Of a stretch of DNA of 64,000 bases, positions 8,530 through 20,412 are shown piece after piece. Every line of letters starts with the position of its first letter. Within the stretch, counting starts at the first letter, position 1. Source of the DNA: Terriglobia bacterium. GTDB lineage: Bacteria; Acidobacteriota; Terriglobia; Terriglobales; SCQP01. Location of the stretch: NCBI GenBank assembly GCA_021323595.1, contig JAJPKR010000052.1:28359-92358 (forward strand), in the 5' to 3' direction. The position numbers were made by a program, and so were the translations under genes. The notes below the pieces were generated by a model. That model was given only the letters and a program-made list of their open reading frames with translations. It did no database searches and had not been told where the DNA came from.

Positions 8530-10899
8530 ATGGATCTATTCGCCGACTTGCGTTCCGCGATGGGCGCCGCCCGCCGGCGTCCCGCCGCGAGCGCTCTGGC
8601 CATCGGCTCGCTCGCGCTGGCCATCGGCGCGGTGACCGCGATCTTCAGCGTGGTGTACGGCTCGGTGCTGGCGCCGTTGCCGTATCGAAATCCCAGCCGC
8701 CTGGTGGCGCTCGAAACTCGCAATCCCTTCGTCAACCTGATTGGTTACAAGAGTTCGCCGAAGGACTTCCTGACGTGGCGAGCGCGCAGCGACGCCTTCG
8801 CGTCTCTCGGTGCGGTCGCCGAAGACACCTTCACCCTGACCGGCCGGGGTCCGGCGCAAAATCTCTGGCTCGGCGAACTTTCCGCCGGCATGCTGCCGGC
8901 GCTCGGCGTCGGTCCGGTCTTCGGCCGCGCGTTCCAATCGGCGGCCTATAACAAGGATGGCCCGCGCGAAGTCCTGCTGAGCTACGCCTATTGGCGGCAA
9001 GACTTCGGGGGTTCGCACAGCGTCCTCGGCCAACCGCTGGTGCTCAACCACCAGCCCTACACCGTGGTCGGCGTCTTGCCGCGGCATTTTTCGCTCTTGC
9101 CCGACCTGAGCCCGAAGCTCTGGATTCCGCTGCCGCTCAGCCCGGCGGATACCGGTTGGAGGCTCGAAGCCATAGGCCGCCTCAAACCGGGCGTGCCGCT
9201 CGCCCGCGCCAACGCCGAGATCGCCGCCATCGAAGCCTCTCTCGCCCGGCAGAGCCGGGCCGACATCTTCCGCAACATCACCGCCTTCGTCCGCCCGCTG
9301 GATGACGCCGTGCGCGGCCAGTCGCGCCCGGTGTTGCTCCTGCTGCTGGGCGCCGTGGCGCTCTTGCTGCTGATCGCCTGCGCCAACGTCGCCAATTTGC
9401 TGCTGACCCGCGCCTCCGAGCGGCGGCGTGAAATGGCGCTGCGTGCCGCCCTCGGCGCCGGCCGCGCCCGCCTGGCGCGCCAGTGGCTTCTGGAAAGCTT
9501 GCTGCTCGCCCTTGCCGCCGCCGCGCTCGGGCTGCTCCTGACTTGGTGGACGCTCGGCGGCCTCGCGCGTTTGCTCGAGCGCGAGATTCCCCCCACTGCC
9601 GCCATCGCCATCAAGTGGCCAGTGCTGCTGTTTGCGCTCGCCGCCGCCCTCGCGACCAGCTTGATCTTCGGCATCGCGCCGGCGGCGCAGATGGCGCGCG
9701 CGCCGCTCCGCGAGGCCCTCCAACAGGGATCGGCCGCCCTGGCCGGCGAGCGCCAGGGCGCGCGCCTGCGCCGCATCTTCACCGTTGCCGAACTGACGCT
9801 GGCGCTCGTGCTCGTCATCGGCGGCGGCCTGCTGTTCCGCAGCATGCTGGCGCTCCAAGCCGTCAACCCCGGCTTCGACGCCCGGCATCTGCTCGTCATC
9901 TCCGTCAATTTGCCCGCCGAGCGCTACGCCAATCCCGAACAGCAGGCGGCCTTCTTCGATCGCGCCTTGGCGCGGCTGCGCCGCTTGCCCGGCGTCGCAG
10001 CCGCCGCCGTGGCTGGCGGCGCGCCGTTTGAGTACGAACAGGTCTCGAACATCACCATCCCCGGCCGCCCCGCGCCCAAGGGCTTGACGCCGGTCGCGGA
10101 TAACTTCTCCGTCGGCGCCGATTATTTCCGCGCCATGGGCATTCCGCTCGTGCGCGGGCGCTTGTTCCAGGCCGCCGACTTCGCGCTCAAGGCGCCGCCC
10201 GTCACGCTGATTGACTCCAAACTGGCGCAAGAATTTTGGCCCGGCCAAGATCCGCTCGGCTACAAGCTCAATGGCGCCACCATCGTCGGCGTCGTCGGCC
10301 ACATCCGCGACATGCATCTGGACAAAGACTCCGGGCCCGAGTACTACCGCCCGGCGCGCTCAGGCGGCGCGATCCTCATCCGCGCCTCCGGTCCCCTCGC
10401 CGCCACCGCCGGGGCGGCGCAGCATGCGGTCGCCGCGCTTGACTCCGAAGTGCCTGTCGGCGCCGCGCTGGGCATGCCGCAAATCATGACGCGGCGTCTC
10501 GCCGACCGCCGCGCGCGCATGCTGCTGCTCGGCGCCTTCGCCGGCCTTGCCGTCTTGCTCGCCGCCCTCGGCGTCTTCGGCGTCGTCTCCTACTCGGTCG
10601 CCTGCCGCACCCATGAACTCGGGCTGCGCGCCGCTCTCGGCGCCCGGCGCGCCGTCTTGCTGCGCATGGTCCTCGGCGAGGGCCTGCGGCTCGCCGCCGC
10701 CGGTGTCGCCCTCGGCCTGCTCGGCGCGGCGGCCTTGACCCGCCTGCTCGCCAGTTGGCTTTACGGCGTCCAGCCGCTAGACGCCGCCACCTTCCTCCTC
10801 GCCGCCTTCGGCCTGCTGGTGCTCGCCGCCGCCGCCGCGTGGTTCCCCGCGCGCCGCGCCGCCGCCGTGGACCCCATGGAGGCGCTGCGCTATGAATGA
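8530..10899 (+). CDS. ADOP-type duplicated ABC permease (MacB_PCD/FtsX x2)
   Basis: DLRSAM..LALAIGAVTAIFSVV, LLIACANVANLLL, RTHELGLRAALGA, PARRAAAVDPMEALRYE; start moved to ATG 8530 by alignment with paralogs. Confidence 0.92.
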   Translation: MDLFADLRSAMGAARRRPAASALAIGSLALAIGAVTAIFSVVYGSVLAPLPYRNPSRLVALETRNPFVNLIGYKSSPKDFLTWRARSDAFASLGAVAEDTFTLTGRGPAQNLWLGELSAGMLPALGVGPVFGRAFQSAAYNKDGPREVLLSYAYWRQDFGGSHSVLGQPLVLNHQPYTVVGVLPRHFSLLPDLSPKLWIPLPLSPADTGWRLEAIGRLKPGVPLARANAEIAAIEASLARQSRADIFRNITAFVRPLDDAVRGQSRPVLLLLLGAVALLLLIACANVANLLLTRASERRREMALRAALGAGRARLARQWLLESLLLALAAAALGLLLTWWTLGGLARLLEREIPPTAAIAIKWPVLLFALAAALATSLIFGIAPAAQMARAPLREALQQGSAALAGERQGARLRRIFTVAELTLALVLVIGGGLLFRSMLALQAVNPGFDARHLLVISVNLPAERYANPEQQAAFFDRALARLRRLPGVAAAAVAGGAPFEYEQVSNITIPGRPAPKGLTPVADNFSVGADYFRAMGIPLVRGRLFQAADFALKAPPVTLIDSKLAQEFWPGQDPLGYKLNGATIVGVVGHIRDMHLDKDSGPEYYRPARSGGAILIRASGPLAATAGAAQHAVAALDSEVPVGAALGMPQIMTRRLADRRARMLLLGAFAGLAVLLAALGVFGVVSYSVACRTHELGLRAALGARRAVLLRMVLGEGLRLAAAGVALGLLGAAALTRLLASWLYGVQPLDAATFLLAAFGLLVLAAAAAWFPARRAAAVDPMEALRYE

Positions 10900-11182
10900 A
10901 GGACGGCGCGTTCCCGAGATCGGCGTCCGCCGAGAATGACGCCCCCGCCCATGTCGCATCCCGCAAACGCGATCGCGGAACCCGGCTCGGCCAGCCGCCG
11001 CAGGCCGCCGCTCGCGCCTGCGCCCGTCCTCTCGTGCCTGTGGCAGCGCCGTCGCCGTTTCATTCGCCTCCGCCGCCATTCCCGGCATTGCGTTCGCGGC
11101 TTCGTTTCCCGAATCGCCGGCTCGTATTCGACCGGTCCCCGGCCCCGAATCCCTGCTGGTCCTTCTTGCCCAAGGTGAAATC

Positions 11183-13618
11183 TTGAGTCTTGCCAACGAT
11201 CTGCGCTACGCCCTCCGCACACTGCGCCAATCCCCCGGCTTCGCCGCCGTCGCCATCCTCACCCTCGCCCTCGGTATCGGCGCCAACACCGCCGTGTTCA
11301 GCCTCGTCAACGGCCTCGTGCTGCATCCGCCGGGAATCAACGATCCCGCGCGCGTGATGGCGTTGCGCGCGAGGTACGACAAGCTCAACTTGAAAAGCAT
11401 CTCGATCTCGCCGCCCGATTTCCGCCTCCTCACCGGCGATCGTCGCGTCTTTTCCACCGCCGCCCTCGCCGATAACACCGACTTCGATTATTTGGTGGAC
11501 GATGTGCCGCATCGCATCGCCGGCCTCAGCGTTTCCTGGCAATGGTTCGATGTCTTCGGCGCGCGTCCCCTGCTGGGTCGCACGTTCCTCCCGCAAGAGG
11601 ACCAGCCGCACGCCAACCATGAGGTCGTCCTGTCCTATAGCGCTTGGCAGCGGCTTTTCGGAGGCGACCCAGCGATCGTCGGCCGCTCGATCCAGTTGAG
11701 CGACGAGCCCTATCGCGTGGTCGGCGTCATGCCCGCCGATTTCGTGCCGATGCCGACGCAGCCGGCCGCGCTCTGGGTGCCGCTGGCGCTGCCGGCCGCG
11801 TCCTTCGACCTGCAAAATTCTTTCAATGAAAGCCTCTTCGCGCTGGCCCGCCTTGCTCCCGGGGTTTCGCAGGCGCAAGCGGAATCGTACGTGCAACTGC
11901 AAGCCGAGCGCTTTCGCCAGCGCCGGGATCCGTACGGCAGTTATGCGCGCGAAGCCGGCTGGGGTCTCTTCGCGCTGCCCGTGGCCTCGTACCTGTACGG
12001 CGATCTGGCCGCGCCGATGGTGATTCTGCTGATCGCAGTCGGCCTGGTGCTGCTGATCGCCTGCGCCAATATCGCCGGCCTCTTGCTGGCGCGCGCCGGT
12101 GGCCGCGCGCATGAACTCGCCATCCGCGCTTCCCTGGGCGCCGGCCGCGGCGTGCTTTTGCGCCAAGGGCTGACCGAAAGCGGCGTCTTGGCCGCCCTTG
12201 GCACCCTGGTCGGCGTCGCCTTCGCGCAACAGGGCATTGCCTGGCTCTGGTTGATGGCGCCGCGAAACTCCGCCCCGGCCTCCCTCTTTCGCCTGGACGG
12301 CACCGTACTCGCCTTCCTGATCGCCATCGGCATCGTCGCCGCGCTGCTCGCCGGCGCGGCGCCGGCGTGGCGCATGGCGCGGTTCCATCCCGGCCAGCTT
12401 TTGCAAGAAGGCGGACGCGGCTCGACCGGCGGCCGCGCGCGCCAGCGCCTGCGCTCGGCGCTGGTCGTCGGCGAGATCGCGCTCTCGCTGGCGCTCTTGG
12501 TCGGCGCCGGCCTGCTGGTGCGCAGCTTGGCGCGGATCGGCCAGCTCGATCCCGGCTTCCAGCCGCACGGCGTGACCATCGCCAATCTCGACCTGCCGGC
12601 CCGGCGCTATGACACCAAGCCCAAACTGGCGCAGTTCTACAGCTCGTTGCTCGCGCAACTGCGCGCCCAGCCCGGCGTCAGCGCCGCCGCCTTGGTTTTG
12701 CCCGCGCCCTTCAGCGGCTACGATCCCACCGCCTCCTTCGCCATCGCCGGCCGCCCCACGCCCCCTGGCCTGCCGGCGCCGCATGGCCGCGTGCGCCTCG
12801 TCTCACCCGATTACTTCGCCGCCATGGGCATTCCCCTGCGCGCCGGCCGCTGGTTCACGCCACAAGATACGCTGGCCACGCAGCCCGTCGCCGTCATTGA
12901 CGAATCCCTCGCCCGCCAATATTGGCCGGGGCAGAATCCGCTCGGCCAGCGCATCATCGAAGGCCCGCCCGGCCCGCCCGCGGTAATCGTCGGCGTCGTC
13001 GGTTTCGCCAAGCAGACCGGGCTCGTCGGCGACACCGGCAAGGGCGTTTACTATTTCCCGACGGCGCAGCGTCCGCGGCCGCAAATCATGGCCGTGGTCA
13101 AATCCACCTTGGCGCCCGCCGCCGCCGCGCGCGCCATCCAGCACGCGGTCGGCGCGCTCGACCCCGAGTTGCCCGCCTACGACATCGCCACCATGGATCA
13201 GCGGATCGCGGCCTCGCTCGGCCCGCGCCACTTCGCCGCCCGCGCCCTCGCCGTCTTCGCCCTGATCGCACTCTTGATGGCGGCGCTCGGACTCTACGGA
13301 CTCGTCAGCTACACGGTCGCCGCCCGCACGCGCGAAATCGGCCTGCGCATCGCCTTCGGCGCCCGCCGCCGCGATGTGCTGGCGATGATCCTGGGCGAGT
13401 CGCTGCGCTTGGTCGCGCTGGCGCTGGGGATCGGCCTGCTCGTCGCCTACGTCGCGGCGCGTTTCCTCGCCAGCCAGCTCTACGGCATCGGCGCCTTCGA
13501 TGCGCTGACCTTCCTCGCCGTGGCCGCCGCGCTGGTCGCGGTCGCGCTCGCCGCCAGTTGGCTGCCCGCGCGCCGCGCCGCCGGCGTGGACCCCATGGAG
13601 GCGCTGCGCTATGAATGA
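11183..13618 (+). CDS. ADOP-type duplicated ABC permease
   Basis: [51 protein letters not shown]. Confidence 0.93.
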   Translation: MSLANDLRYALRTLRQSPGFAAVAILTLALGIGANTAVFSLVNGLVLHPPGINDPARVMALRARYDKLNLKSISISPPDFRLLTGDRRVFSTAALADNTDFDYLVDDVPHRIAGLSVSWQWFDVFGARPLLGRTFLPQEDQPHANHEVVLSYSAWQRLFGGDPAIVGRSIQLSDEPYRVVGVMPADFVPMPTQPAALWVPLALPAASFDLQNSFNESLFALARLAPGVSQAQAESYVQLQAERFRQRRDPYGSYAREAGWGLFALPVASYLYGDLAAPMVILLIAVGLVLLIACANIAGLLLARAGGRAHELAIRASLGAGRGVLLRQGLTESGVLAALGTLVGVAFAQQGIAWLWLMAPRNSAPASLFRLDGTVLAFLIAIGIVAALLAGAAPAWRMARFHPGQLLQEGGRGSTGGRARQRLRSALVVGEIALSLALLVGAGLLVRSLARIGQLDPGFQPHGVTIANLDLPARRYDTKPKLAQFYSSLLAQLRAQPGVSAAALVLPAPFSGYDPTASFAIAGRPTPPGLPAPHGRVRLVSPDYFAAMGIPLRAGRWFTPQDTLATQPVAVIDESLARQYWPGQNPLGQRIIEGPPGPPAVIVGVVGFAKQTGLVGDTGKGVYYFPTAQRPRPQIMAVVKSTLAPAAAARAIQHAVGALDPELPAYDIATMDQRIAASLGPRHFAARALAVFALIALLMAALGLYGLVSYTVAARTREIGLRIAFGARRRDVLAMILGESLRLVALALGIGLLVAYVAARFLASQLYGIGAFDALTFLAVAAALVAVALAASWLPARRAAGVDPMEALRYE

Positions 13619-13718
13619 AGCCTCCGCGGCCGGGTGGAATCGCGTCATCCGCGCAACCGCCGCCGGGCGGCACCGGGCCGCGCCGCGCCCCACACCCGCT
13701 ACCTAACACCTGCCGCCT

Positions 13719-16136
13719 ATGCTTGCCGACTTACGCTACGCCCTCCGCACCCTGCGCAAATCCCCCGGCTTCGCCGCCGTCGCCATCCTCACCCTCGCCC
13801 TCGCCATCGGCGCCAACACCGCGATTTTCAGCGCCGTGGACGCCGTGCTCTTGCGCCCGCTCCCCTATCCCGATGCCGGACAACTGGCGGGCGTATGGGA
13901 AACCAATCTCGCCAGCGGTAATCGCATCCAAGTCTCCGGCCCGGACTTCGGCGACTGGAGCCGGCAAACGCGCGGCGTATTCAGCGGCATCGCCGCCTAT
14001 GCCTCCGCGCCGCTCAGCATCTCCGGCGATGGGATCCGTCCCGAGCGCGTCATCGTCGGTGCGGTCGGCGCCGGCTTCTTCTCGACGCTGCGCGTCAATC
14101 CCGAACTGGGCCGCTGGTTCACTGCCGCCGAGCATCGCCCCGGCGTCACCGGCGCGACGCTTTTGAGCGACGGGTTATGGCGCCGCCTGTACGGCGCCGA
14201 TCCCGCGGTCCTCGGCCGCACCGTCGTCGTGGATGGCGTCCCTTCGGTCATCGTCGGCGTGATGCCGCCGGCGTTTCGCTTCCCCGATGACGCCGAGCTC
14301 TGGCTCCCGCTCGAGCATTGGGGCGTGGTTGATTCCGGCAGCCGCACGGCGATGAATTATCGCGTCGTCGCGCGGCTCGGCGCCGGCGTCTCGCTCGGCA
14401 AGGCCCAAGCGGCGATGACCGCGCTTGCGGCCCGCCTGCGCCGCCAGTACGGCACGCACACCGGCGCGCTGGTCGTCGGTCTCCGCCGCCAGCTCGCCGG
14501 CGATCTAGGCCCGGCGCTGTGGATCCTGCTCGGCGCCGTCGGCTTGCTGCTGCTCATCGCCTGCGTCAACGTGGCGAATCTGCTGCTGGCCCGCGCGGCG
14601 GCGCGCCGGCGCGACTTCGCCCTGCGCGCCGCGCTCGGCGCCTCCCGCGGCCGGCTGCTGCGGCAAGGGGTGACTGAAGGCCTCCTCCTCGCCCTGCTCG
14701 GCGGCGCGGCCGGGCTGCTGGTCGCGGCGTGGGGCACGGCGGCGCTGCGCTCGGCCGCCGCCGCCATCTTGCCCAGCTATGCGCAAGTGCGGCTCGACGC
14801 CGGGGTGTTGCTGTTCACCTTCGGCCTCGCGCTCGCCACCGGCGTCCTGTTCGGCCTCGCCCCCGCCTGGCAGTCGGCGCGCTCCGATCCGCACGCGGCG
14901 CTGCAAACCGGAGGCGCGCGGCTGGCCGCCGCGCGCGGCCGTCTGCGCTCCGCCTTGGTCATCGCCGAAGTCGCCTTGAGCTTCGTGTTGCTGATCGGCG
15001 CCGGGCTCATGCTCCGCAGCCTCGGCGCGCTCTTGGCCGTCCCCCTCGGCTTTCAGCCCCAGCATCTCTGGGTGGCCGACGTCTCGCTGCCCGAGGATGC
15101 GCCCGCCTACTCCCAGCCCGCCGCCGTGGCGCGCTTCTTCGACCAGTTGCTCGCGCGGGTTCGCGCCTTGCCCGGTGTGACCGCCGCGGCCGCCGCCAGC
15201 GCCCTGCCGCTCGGGAACGGCCAGTCGACCAACGGCGCGTTCGTGATCGCCGGCCGCCCGCCGGCGCAGGAAAATTTGCTGCCCTACGCCGAATACCGCG
15301 AAGTCACTCCCGGCTATTTCCATGCCATGGGCATTGCGCTGCTGCGCGGCCGCGACTTCACCAGTGCCGACACGCAGCACACTCCCTTCGTCGCCGTCAT
15401 CAATCAGGCGGCGGCGCGCCGCTACTGGCCCGGCCAGAATCCGCTCGGCCAGCGCATGCGGTTTTTGGGCTTCACTCCCCACGGTGCGCCGCCTTGGATG
15501 GAAATCGTCGGCGTCGTCGCGGATACCCGTATCTCGCTGGCCGCGCCGCCGCGTCCCGCCGCCTTTGTCGCCGCCGCCCAGCAACCCTATTGGATGCTCG
15601 GCGACGCCTACGTCCTCGTCCGCGGCTCATTCTCCGCCGGCGCGCTGCGCGCCGCCTTGGTTCGCATCGCCTCCAGCCTCGATCCGCAGGTCCCCGTGCG
15701 CGTCGGCCCCTTCACCGCCCGGCTGGACACAGCCGCCGCGCCCTCGCGCTTCCGCGCCGCCTTGCTGGGCCTTTTCGCCGCCTTGGCGCTGATTCTCGCC
15801 GCCGTCGGCCTCTACGGCGTCCTCTCGTTCTTGGTCGGCGAGCGCCGCAAAGAGGTCGGCATCCGCCTGGCGCTGGGCGCGCGCCCGGGCCAGGTCCTCG
15901 CCGCCGCCATCGGCGAGGGCGTGCGCTGGGTCGTGCTCGGCCTCGCCGCCGGCGCCGTGGCCGCCTGGTTCGCGGGCCGCCTGCTCGCCCGCTTCTTGTT
16001 CGGCGTTTCTCCGGCCGATCCGCTCACCTTTGCGGCGGTCGCGCTGCTGTTGCTGGCCGTCGCCGTGCTGGCCTGCTGGCTGCCCGCCCGCCGCGCCGCC
16101 CGCGTCGACCCCGTGCAAGCGCTGCGCTGCGAGTAG
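13719..16136 (+). CDS. ADOP-type duplicated ABC permease
   Basis: [51 protein letters not shown]. Confidence 0.93.
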   Translation: MLADLRYALRTLRKSPGFAAVAILTLALAIGANTAIFSAVDAVLLRPLPYPDAGQLAGVWETNLASGNRIQVSGPDFGDWSRQTRGVFSGIAAYASAPLSISGDGIRPERVIVGAVGAGFFSTLRVNPELGRWFTAAEHRPGVTGATLLSDGLWRRLYGADPAVLGRTVVVDGVPSVIVGVMPPAFRFPDDAELWLPLEHWGVVDSGSRTAMNYRVVARLGAGVSLGKAQAAMTALAARLRRQYGTHTGALVVGLRRQLAGDLGPALWILLGAVGLLLLIACVNVANLLLARAAARRRDFALRAALGASRGRLLRQGVTEGLLLALLGGAAGLLVAAWGTAALRSAAAAILPSYAQVRLDAGVLLFTFGLALATGVLFGLAPAWQSARSDPHAALQTGGARLAAARGRLRSALVIAEVALSFVLLIGAGLMLRSLGALLAVPLGFQPQHLWVADVSLPEDAPAYSQPAAVARFFDQLLARVRALPGVTAAAAASALPLGNGQSTNGAFVIAGRPPAQENLLPYAEYREVTPGYFHAMGIALLRGRDFTSADTQHTPFVAVINQAAARRYWPGQNPLGQRMRFLGFTPHGAPPWMEIVGVVADTRISLAAPPRPAAFVAAAQQPYWMLGDAYVLVRGSFSAGALRAALVRIASSLDPQVPVRVGPFTARLDTAAAPSRFRAALLGLFAALALILAAVGLYGVLSFLVGERRKEVGIRLALGARPGQVLAAAIGEGVRWVVLGLAAGAVAAWFAGRLLARFLFGVSPADPLTFAAVALLLLAVAVLACWLPARRAARVDPVQALRCE

Positions 16137-16239
16137 CGCCGGCGGCGCGGCCGGCGCCCCGGCGCGCCCGGGACCAGCCCCACCGCCTGCGCGCCGCGTC
16201 GCCTGCCGCGCATCGGTGATTCCTTGAGACAATGGACGT

Positions 16240-16719
16240 GTGCCGAAGACTCATCGTTATTCGGTCACCGTCCGCTGGACCGGCAACACCGGCTCCGGCA
16301 CCTCGCACTACCGCGATTACCGGCGCGATCACGAAATCTCGGCAGAGGGAGCGAAGCCCGTCATCCCCGGCTCGTCCGACCCCGCCTTTCGCGGCGATCC
16401 CGCGCGCTGGAACCCCGAGGAGCTTTTGGTGGCGGCGGTCGCGGCTTGTCACCAGCTCTGGTATCTCCATTTGTGCGCGCAAGCCGGCGTGGTGGTGCTC
16501 AGCTATCTCGACCACGCCGAAGGCGAAATGGAGGAGACCGCCGGCGGCTCGGGACGCTTCATCCGCGTTACCTTGCGCCCGCAAATCGTCATCGCCAAGG
16601 GCTCCGTCCTCGCCCAGGCGCGGGCGCTGCACGCGCCGGCTCACGCCAAGTGCTTCATCGCCAACTCGATGAACTTCCCCGTCCACCACGAGCCCGACAT
16701 TCGCGTCGAAGCTTCCTGA
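16240..16719 (+). CDS. OsmC family protein
   Basis: WTGNTGSGT..Y.RDHEI, SSDPAFRGDPARWNPEELL, ACHQLWYL, AHAKCFIANS. Confidence 0.93.
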   Translation: MPKTHRYSVTVRWTGNTGSGTSHYRDYRRDHEISAEGAKPVIPGSSDPAFRGDPARWNPEELLVAAVAACHQLWYLHLCAQAGVVVLSYLDHAEGEMEETAGGSGRFIRVTLRPQIVIAKGSVLAQARALHAPAHAKCFIANSMNFPVHHEPDIRVEAS

Positions 16720-16829
16720 CCGCGCCCCGCGCCGGCGATCGGGCCGCCGCCGGAACCCGGTGGCAACGCCCCCGCGTTCCGCGTGCCGAATCGCTTCGCG
16801 CTCCCCTCGCGAACCCTTAAACTTGAGAG

Positions 16830-17645
16830 ATGCAGCGCCTGGGGGAGGCCGCCGATATTCTCGGTGCGATCATGGCCCGCGAGGAGGCGCGCGTCGCCGA
16901 AGCCCGCCGCGCCTTGCCGCTCGACGAGCTGCGCCGCCGCGCCGCCCGCCGCCGCCCGCGCGACTTCGCCGCCGCGCTCCGCGCCGCCCGCCGCCCGGCC
17001 GTGATCGCCGAGATCAAGCAGGCCTCGCCCTCGCGCGGCCTCTTGCGCGCCGAGCTCGACGTGCCCGCCATCGCCGCCGCCTACGCCGCCGCCGGCGCCG
17101 CGGCGCTCTCCGTGCTCACCGAAGGCCCTCACTTTCACGGCTGCCTCGACTATCTCGCCCAGGCGCGTGCCGCCTGCCCGTTGCCCCTGCTGCGCAAGGA
17201 CTTTATCTTCACCGACTACCAAATCTGGGAGGCCGCCGCGCATGGCGCCGACGCCGTGCTCCTGATCGCCGCCGCCCTTGCCCCGCCCGAGCTGCCGCGG
17301 CTGCTGGCCGTGGCACGCGAGGCGGGCCTGGCGGCGCTGGTCGAGATTCACGACGCCGCAGAGGCGGAGCGCGCCGCCACGGCCGGCGCCGTCCTCATCG
17401 GCGTCAACAATCGCGATTTGCGCACGCTGCGTGTGGACCCCGAACTGGCGCTGCGCCTGGCGCCGCGCCTGCCGCCGGGCGCCCTCAAGGTCGCCGAGAG
17501 CGGCTTGCGCGCCGCCGCCGACCTGCGCCGGGCCGCGGCCGCCGGCTTCGATGCCGTGCTGATCGGCGAGCGCTTCATGCAGGCGCCCGCGCCCGGCGCC
17601 GCCCTCGCCGCCCTGCTCGCCGAACTGGAACGCGAGGCGTCATGA
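16830..17645 (+). CDS. trpC: indole-3-glycerol phosphate synthase
   Basis: IAEIKQASPSRG, LSVLTE, LLRKDFI, GVNNRDL, VAESG. Confidence 0.96.
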   Translation: MQRLGEAADILGAIMAREEARVAEARRALPLDELRRRAARRRPRDFAAALRAARRPAVIAEIKQASPSRGLLRAELDVPAIAAAYAAAGAAALSVLTEGPHFHGCLDYLAQARAACPLPLLRKDFIFTDYQIWEAAAHGADAVLLIAAALAPPELPRLLAVAREAGLAALVEIHDAAEAERAATAGAVLIGVNNRDLRTLRVDPELALRLAPRLPPGALKVAESGLRAAADLRRAAAAGFDAVLIGERFMQAPAPGAALAALLAELEREAS

Positions 17646-18265
17646 TCAAGATCTGCGGCATCACCTCCGCCGCCGACGCTCTCGCGGCCGCCGCCGCCGG
17701 CGCCGATGCCGTCGGCTTCGTCTTCGCCCCGCGCTCGCCCCGCCGCGTCTCCGCCGCCGCCGCCGCCGCCATCGCCGCCCAACTGCCCGCGCACGTGCTC
17801 AAGGTCGGCGTCTTCGCCAACGCCGATCCCGCCGAAATTCGCGCCACCGCCGACGCCGCCAGCCTCGATTTGCTCCAGTTGCACGGCCGCGAGCCCTCCG
17901 CGCTCGCCCGCTACTTCGCCCCGCGCCCGATCTGGAAGGCGCTGCACATGGGCGCGCCCGGCTACTTGGAAACCGCCGCCGAATGGGGCGAGTGCGCCGC
18001 CGCCTTGCTGCTCGACTCCGGCGGCGGCACCGGCCGCGTCTTCGATTGGCGGCAAGTGGCCGCGTTCGAAGGCCAAAAATTGATCATTGCCGGCGGCCTC
18101 ACCCCGGAAAACGTCGCCGAATGCATCGCCCGCACCGGCCCTTGGGGCGTGGACGTCTCCTCCGGCGTCGAATCCGCGCCCGGCCGCAAGGACCCGGCGC
18201 GCGTGCGCGACTTCATCCGCGCCGCGCAAGCCGCCTTCGCCAGCCTGTACGCTAAGAAGGTATGA
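17642..18265 (+). CDS. trpF: phosphoribosylanthranilate isomerase
   Basis: [50 protein letters not shown]; ATGA overlap with trpC. Confidence 0.95.
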   Translation: MIKICGITSAADALAAAAAGADAVGFVFAPRSPRRVSAAAAAAIAAQLPAHVLKVGVFANADPAEIRATADAASLDLLQLHGREPSALARYFAPRPIWKALHMGAPGYLETAAEWGECAAALLLDSGGGTGRVFDWRQVAAFEGQKLIIAGGLTPENVAECIARTGPWGVDVSSGVESAPGRKDPARVRDFIRAAQAAFASLYAKKV

Positions 18266-19479
18266 GCGCCACCGTCGCCCCGCCGCCCGCCCGCTTCGGC
18301 GCCTACGGCGGCCGCTACGTGCCCGAAACGCTCGTCGCCCCGCTCGACGAGCTTACCGCCGCCTACCAAGCCGCCCAGGCCGATCCCGCCTTCGCCGCCG
18401 AGCTCGATGAACTGCGCCGCACCTACGCCGGCCGTCCCACCCCGCTCTTCTTCGCCCGCCGCATGAGCGAAGAACTGGGCGGCGCGCGCGTCTATCTCAA
18501 GCGCGAAGACCTGCTCCATACCGGCGCCCACAAGATCAACAACTGCCTCGGCCAGGCCTTGCTGGCGCGCCGCATGGGCAAGCGCCGCATCGTCGCCGAA
18601 ACCGGCGCCGGCCAGCACGGCGTCGCCACCGCCACCGTCTGCGCGCTCTTCGGCTTCGAGTGCGTCGTCTACATGGGCGAAGAGGATATGGCGCGCCAAG
18701 CGCTGAACGTGGCGCGCATGCGTCTGCTCGGCGCCGAGGTGCGCGGCGTCGCCGCCGGCAGCCGCACCCTGAAGGACGCCATCAACGAAGCCATGCGCGA
18801 TTGGGTCACCAACTGCCGCACCACCCACTATCTGCTCGGCTCCGTGCTCGGCGCTCACCCCTATCCCGCCATGGTCCGCGATTTTCACGCCTGCATCGGC
18901 CGCGAGGCGCGCGAGCAGATCCTCGCCGCCACCGGCCGCCTGCCGGCGGCGCTGATCGCCTGCGTCGGCGGCGGCTCGAACGCCATGGGCCTGTTCTACG
19001 CCTTTCTCGCCGACCAATCCGTGCGCCTGATCGGCGTCGAAGCCGGCGGGCGCGGCGCCGAACTCGGCCAGCACGCCGCCCGCTTTCACGGCGGCTCGCC
19101 CGGCGTGCTGCAAGGAACTTTCTCCTACATCTTGCAGGACGCCGCCGGGCAAATCGCCGCCACCCACTCCATCTCCGCCGGGCTCGATTATCCCGGCGTC
19201 GGCCCCGAGCACGCCGAACTCCATGATCGCGGCCGCGCCGAATACGTCGCCGCCGGCGACCAAGAGGCGCTGGCGGCCTGCCAATATCTGGCGCGCCGCG
19301 AAGGCATCATTCCCGCGCTCGAATCGGCGCATGCCGTCGCCGAGGCGCGCCGCCGCGCTCCCGGCCTGCCCCGCGACGCCTCCCTCATCGTCAATATCTC
19401 CGGCCGCGGCGACAAAGACATGGAGATCATCGCCCGCGAACTGCCCGGCCTCGCCTCCCCGGAGCGTGCGTGCGGCTGA
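18262..19479 (+). CDS. trpB: tryptophan synthase beta chain
   Basis: [62 protein letters not shown]. Confidence 0.98.
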   Translation: MSATVAPPPARFGAYGGRYVPETLVAPLDELTAAYQAAQADPAFAAELDELRRTYAGRPTPLFFARRMSEELGGARVYLKREDLLHTGAHKINNCLGQALLARRMGKRRIVAETGAGQHGVATATVCALFGFECVVYMGEEDMARQALNVARMRLLGAEVRGVAAGSRTLKDAINEAMRDWVTNCRTTHYLLGSVLGAHPYPAMVRDFHACIGREAREQILAATGRLPAALIACVGGGSNAMGLFYAFLADQSVRLIGVEAGGRGAELGQHAARFHGGSPGVLQGTFSYILQDAAGQIAATHSISAGLDYPGVGPEHAELHDRGRAEYVAAGDQEALAACQYLARREGIIPALESAHAVAEARRRAPGLPRDASLIVNISGRGDKDMEIIARELPGLASPERACG

Positions 19480-20261
19480 CCGAAGCCTTCACCGCCGCGC
19501 GCGCCGCCGGCCGCTGCGCCCTTGTCCCCTTCGTCACCGCCGGCGACCCCTCGCTCGCCGCCACTCGCGACATCGTCTGCGCGCTCGCCGCCGCCGGCGC
19601 CGATGTCGTCGAGCTCGGCGTCCCCTTCAGTGATCCCGTCGCCGACGGCCCCGTGATCCAGCGCTCCAGCGAGCGCGCGCTGGCGCGCGGCACGCGGCTG
19701 GCCGACGTGCTCGAGCTGGCGCGCGCGATCCGCCGCCGATCGCCCGTGCCGCTCCTGCTCTTCGGCTATTTCAATCCGATTCTTCGTTACGGCCTCGAGC
19801 GCTTCGCCGCCGATGCCGCCGCCGCCGGCGCCGATGGCGCTCTCGTCACCGATCTCATTCCCGAAGAAGCCGCCGACTACCGCCGCGCGCTGGCGGCGCG
19901 CGGCTTGGCCGCCGTCTTTCTCGCCGCGCCCACCTCGCCCGACGAGCGCCTCGCCGCCATCGCCGCCGCTTCGACCGGCTTCATCTACGCCGTCTCCCGC
20001 ACCGGCGTCACCGGCGCGCGCGAGCAAGTGCCCGCCGCCGCCCGCGAATTGGTGGCGCGCGTGCGCCGCGTCGCGCGCCAGCCGATCGCCCTCGGCTTCG
20101 GCCTCGGCACCGCCGCCCAGGTCGCCGAGGTCGGCGCCTTCGCCGATGGCGCCGTCGTCGGCACCGCGCTGGTGGCGGCGCTCCATCGCGCCGTCGAGCA
20201 GGGCGGGGAAGCCGCCGCCGCTCCCGCCGCCGCCGCCTTCCTGCGCTCCCTGCAACCGTAG
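19470..20261 (+). CDS. trpA: tryptophan synthase alpha chain
   Basis: [46 protein letters not shown]. Confidence 0.97.
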   Translation: MRLTEAFTAARAAGRCALVPFVTAGDPSLAATRDIVCALAAAGADVVELGVPFSDPVADGPVIQRSSERALARGTRLADVLELARAIRRRSPVPLLLFGYFNPILRYGLERFAADAAAAGADGALVTDLIPEEAADYRRALAARGLAAVFLAAPTSPDERLAAIAAASTGFIYAVSRTGVTGAREQVPAAARELVARVRRVARQPIALGFGLGTAAQVAEVGAFADGAVVGTALVAALHRAVEQGGEAAAAPAAAAFLRSLQP

Positions 20262-20412
20262 CCGCCTGGCAACAGCGCCGAGCTCCCCGGTTCCGATGGC
20301 CGGCGCCGGCTCTCCCACTGCGCACCGGATCTCTCGCGCACGCCCCGCGCGCTGGGTGGCGCCGCTTCGGGACCTTCGCCGATCCGGCGGCCCCGGCGCG
20401 GCGAACTGGCGC

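Noticed and set aside
16830-20261. trp cluster lacking trpE/G/D
   Set aside because: Split trp operons are common; the other genes are probably elsewhere in the genome
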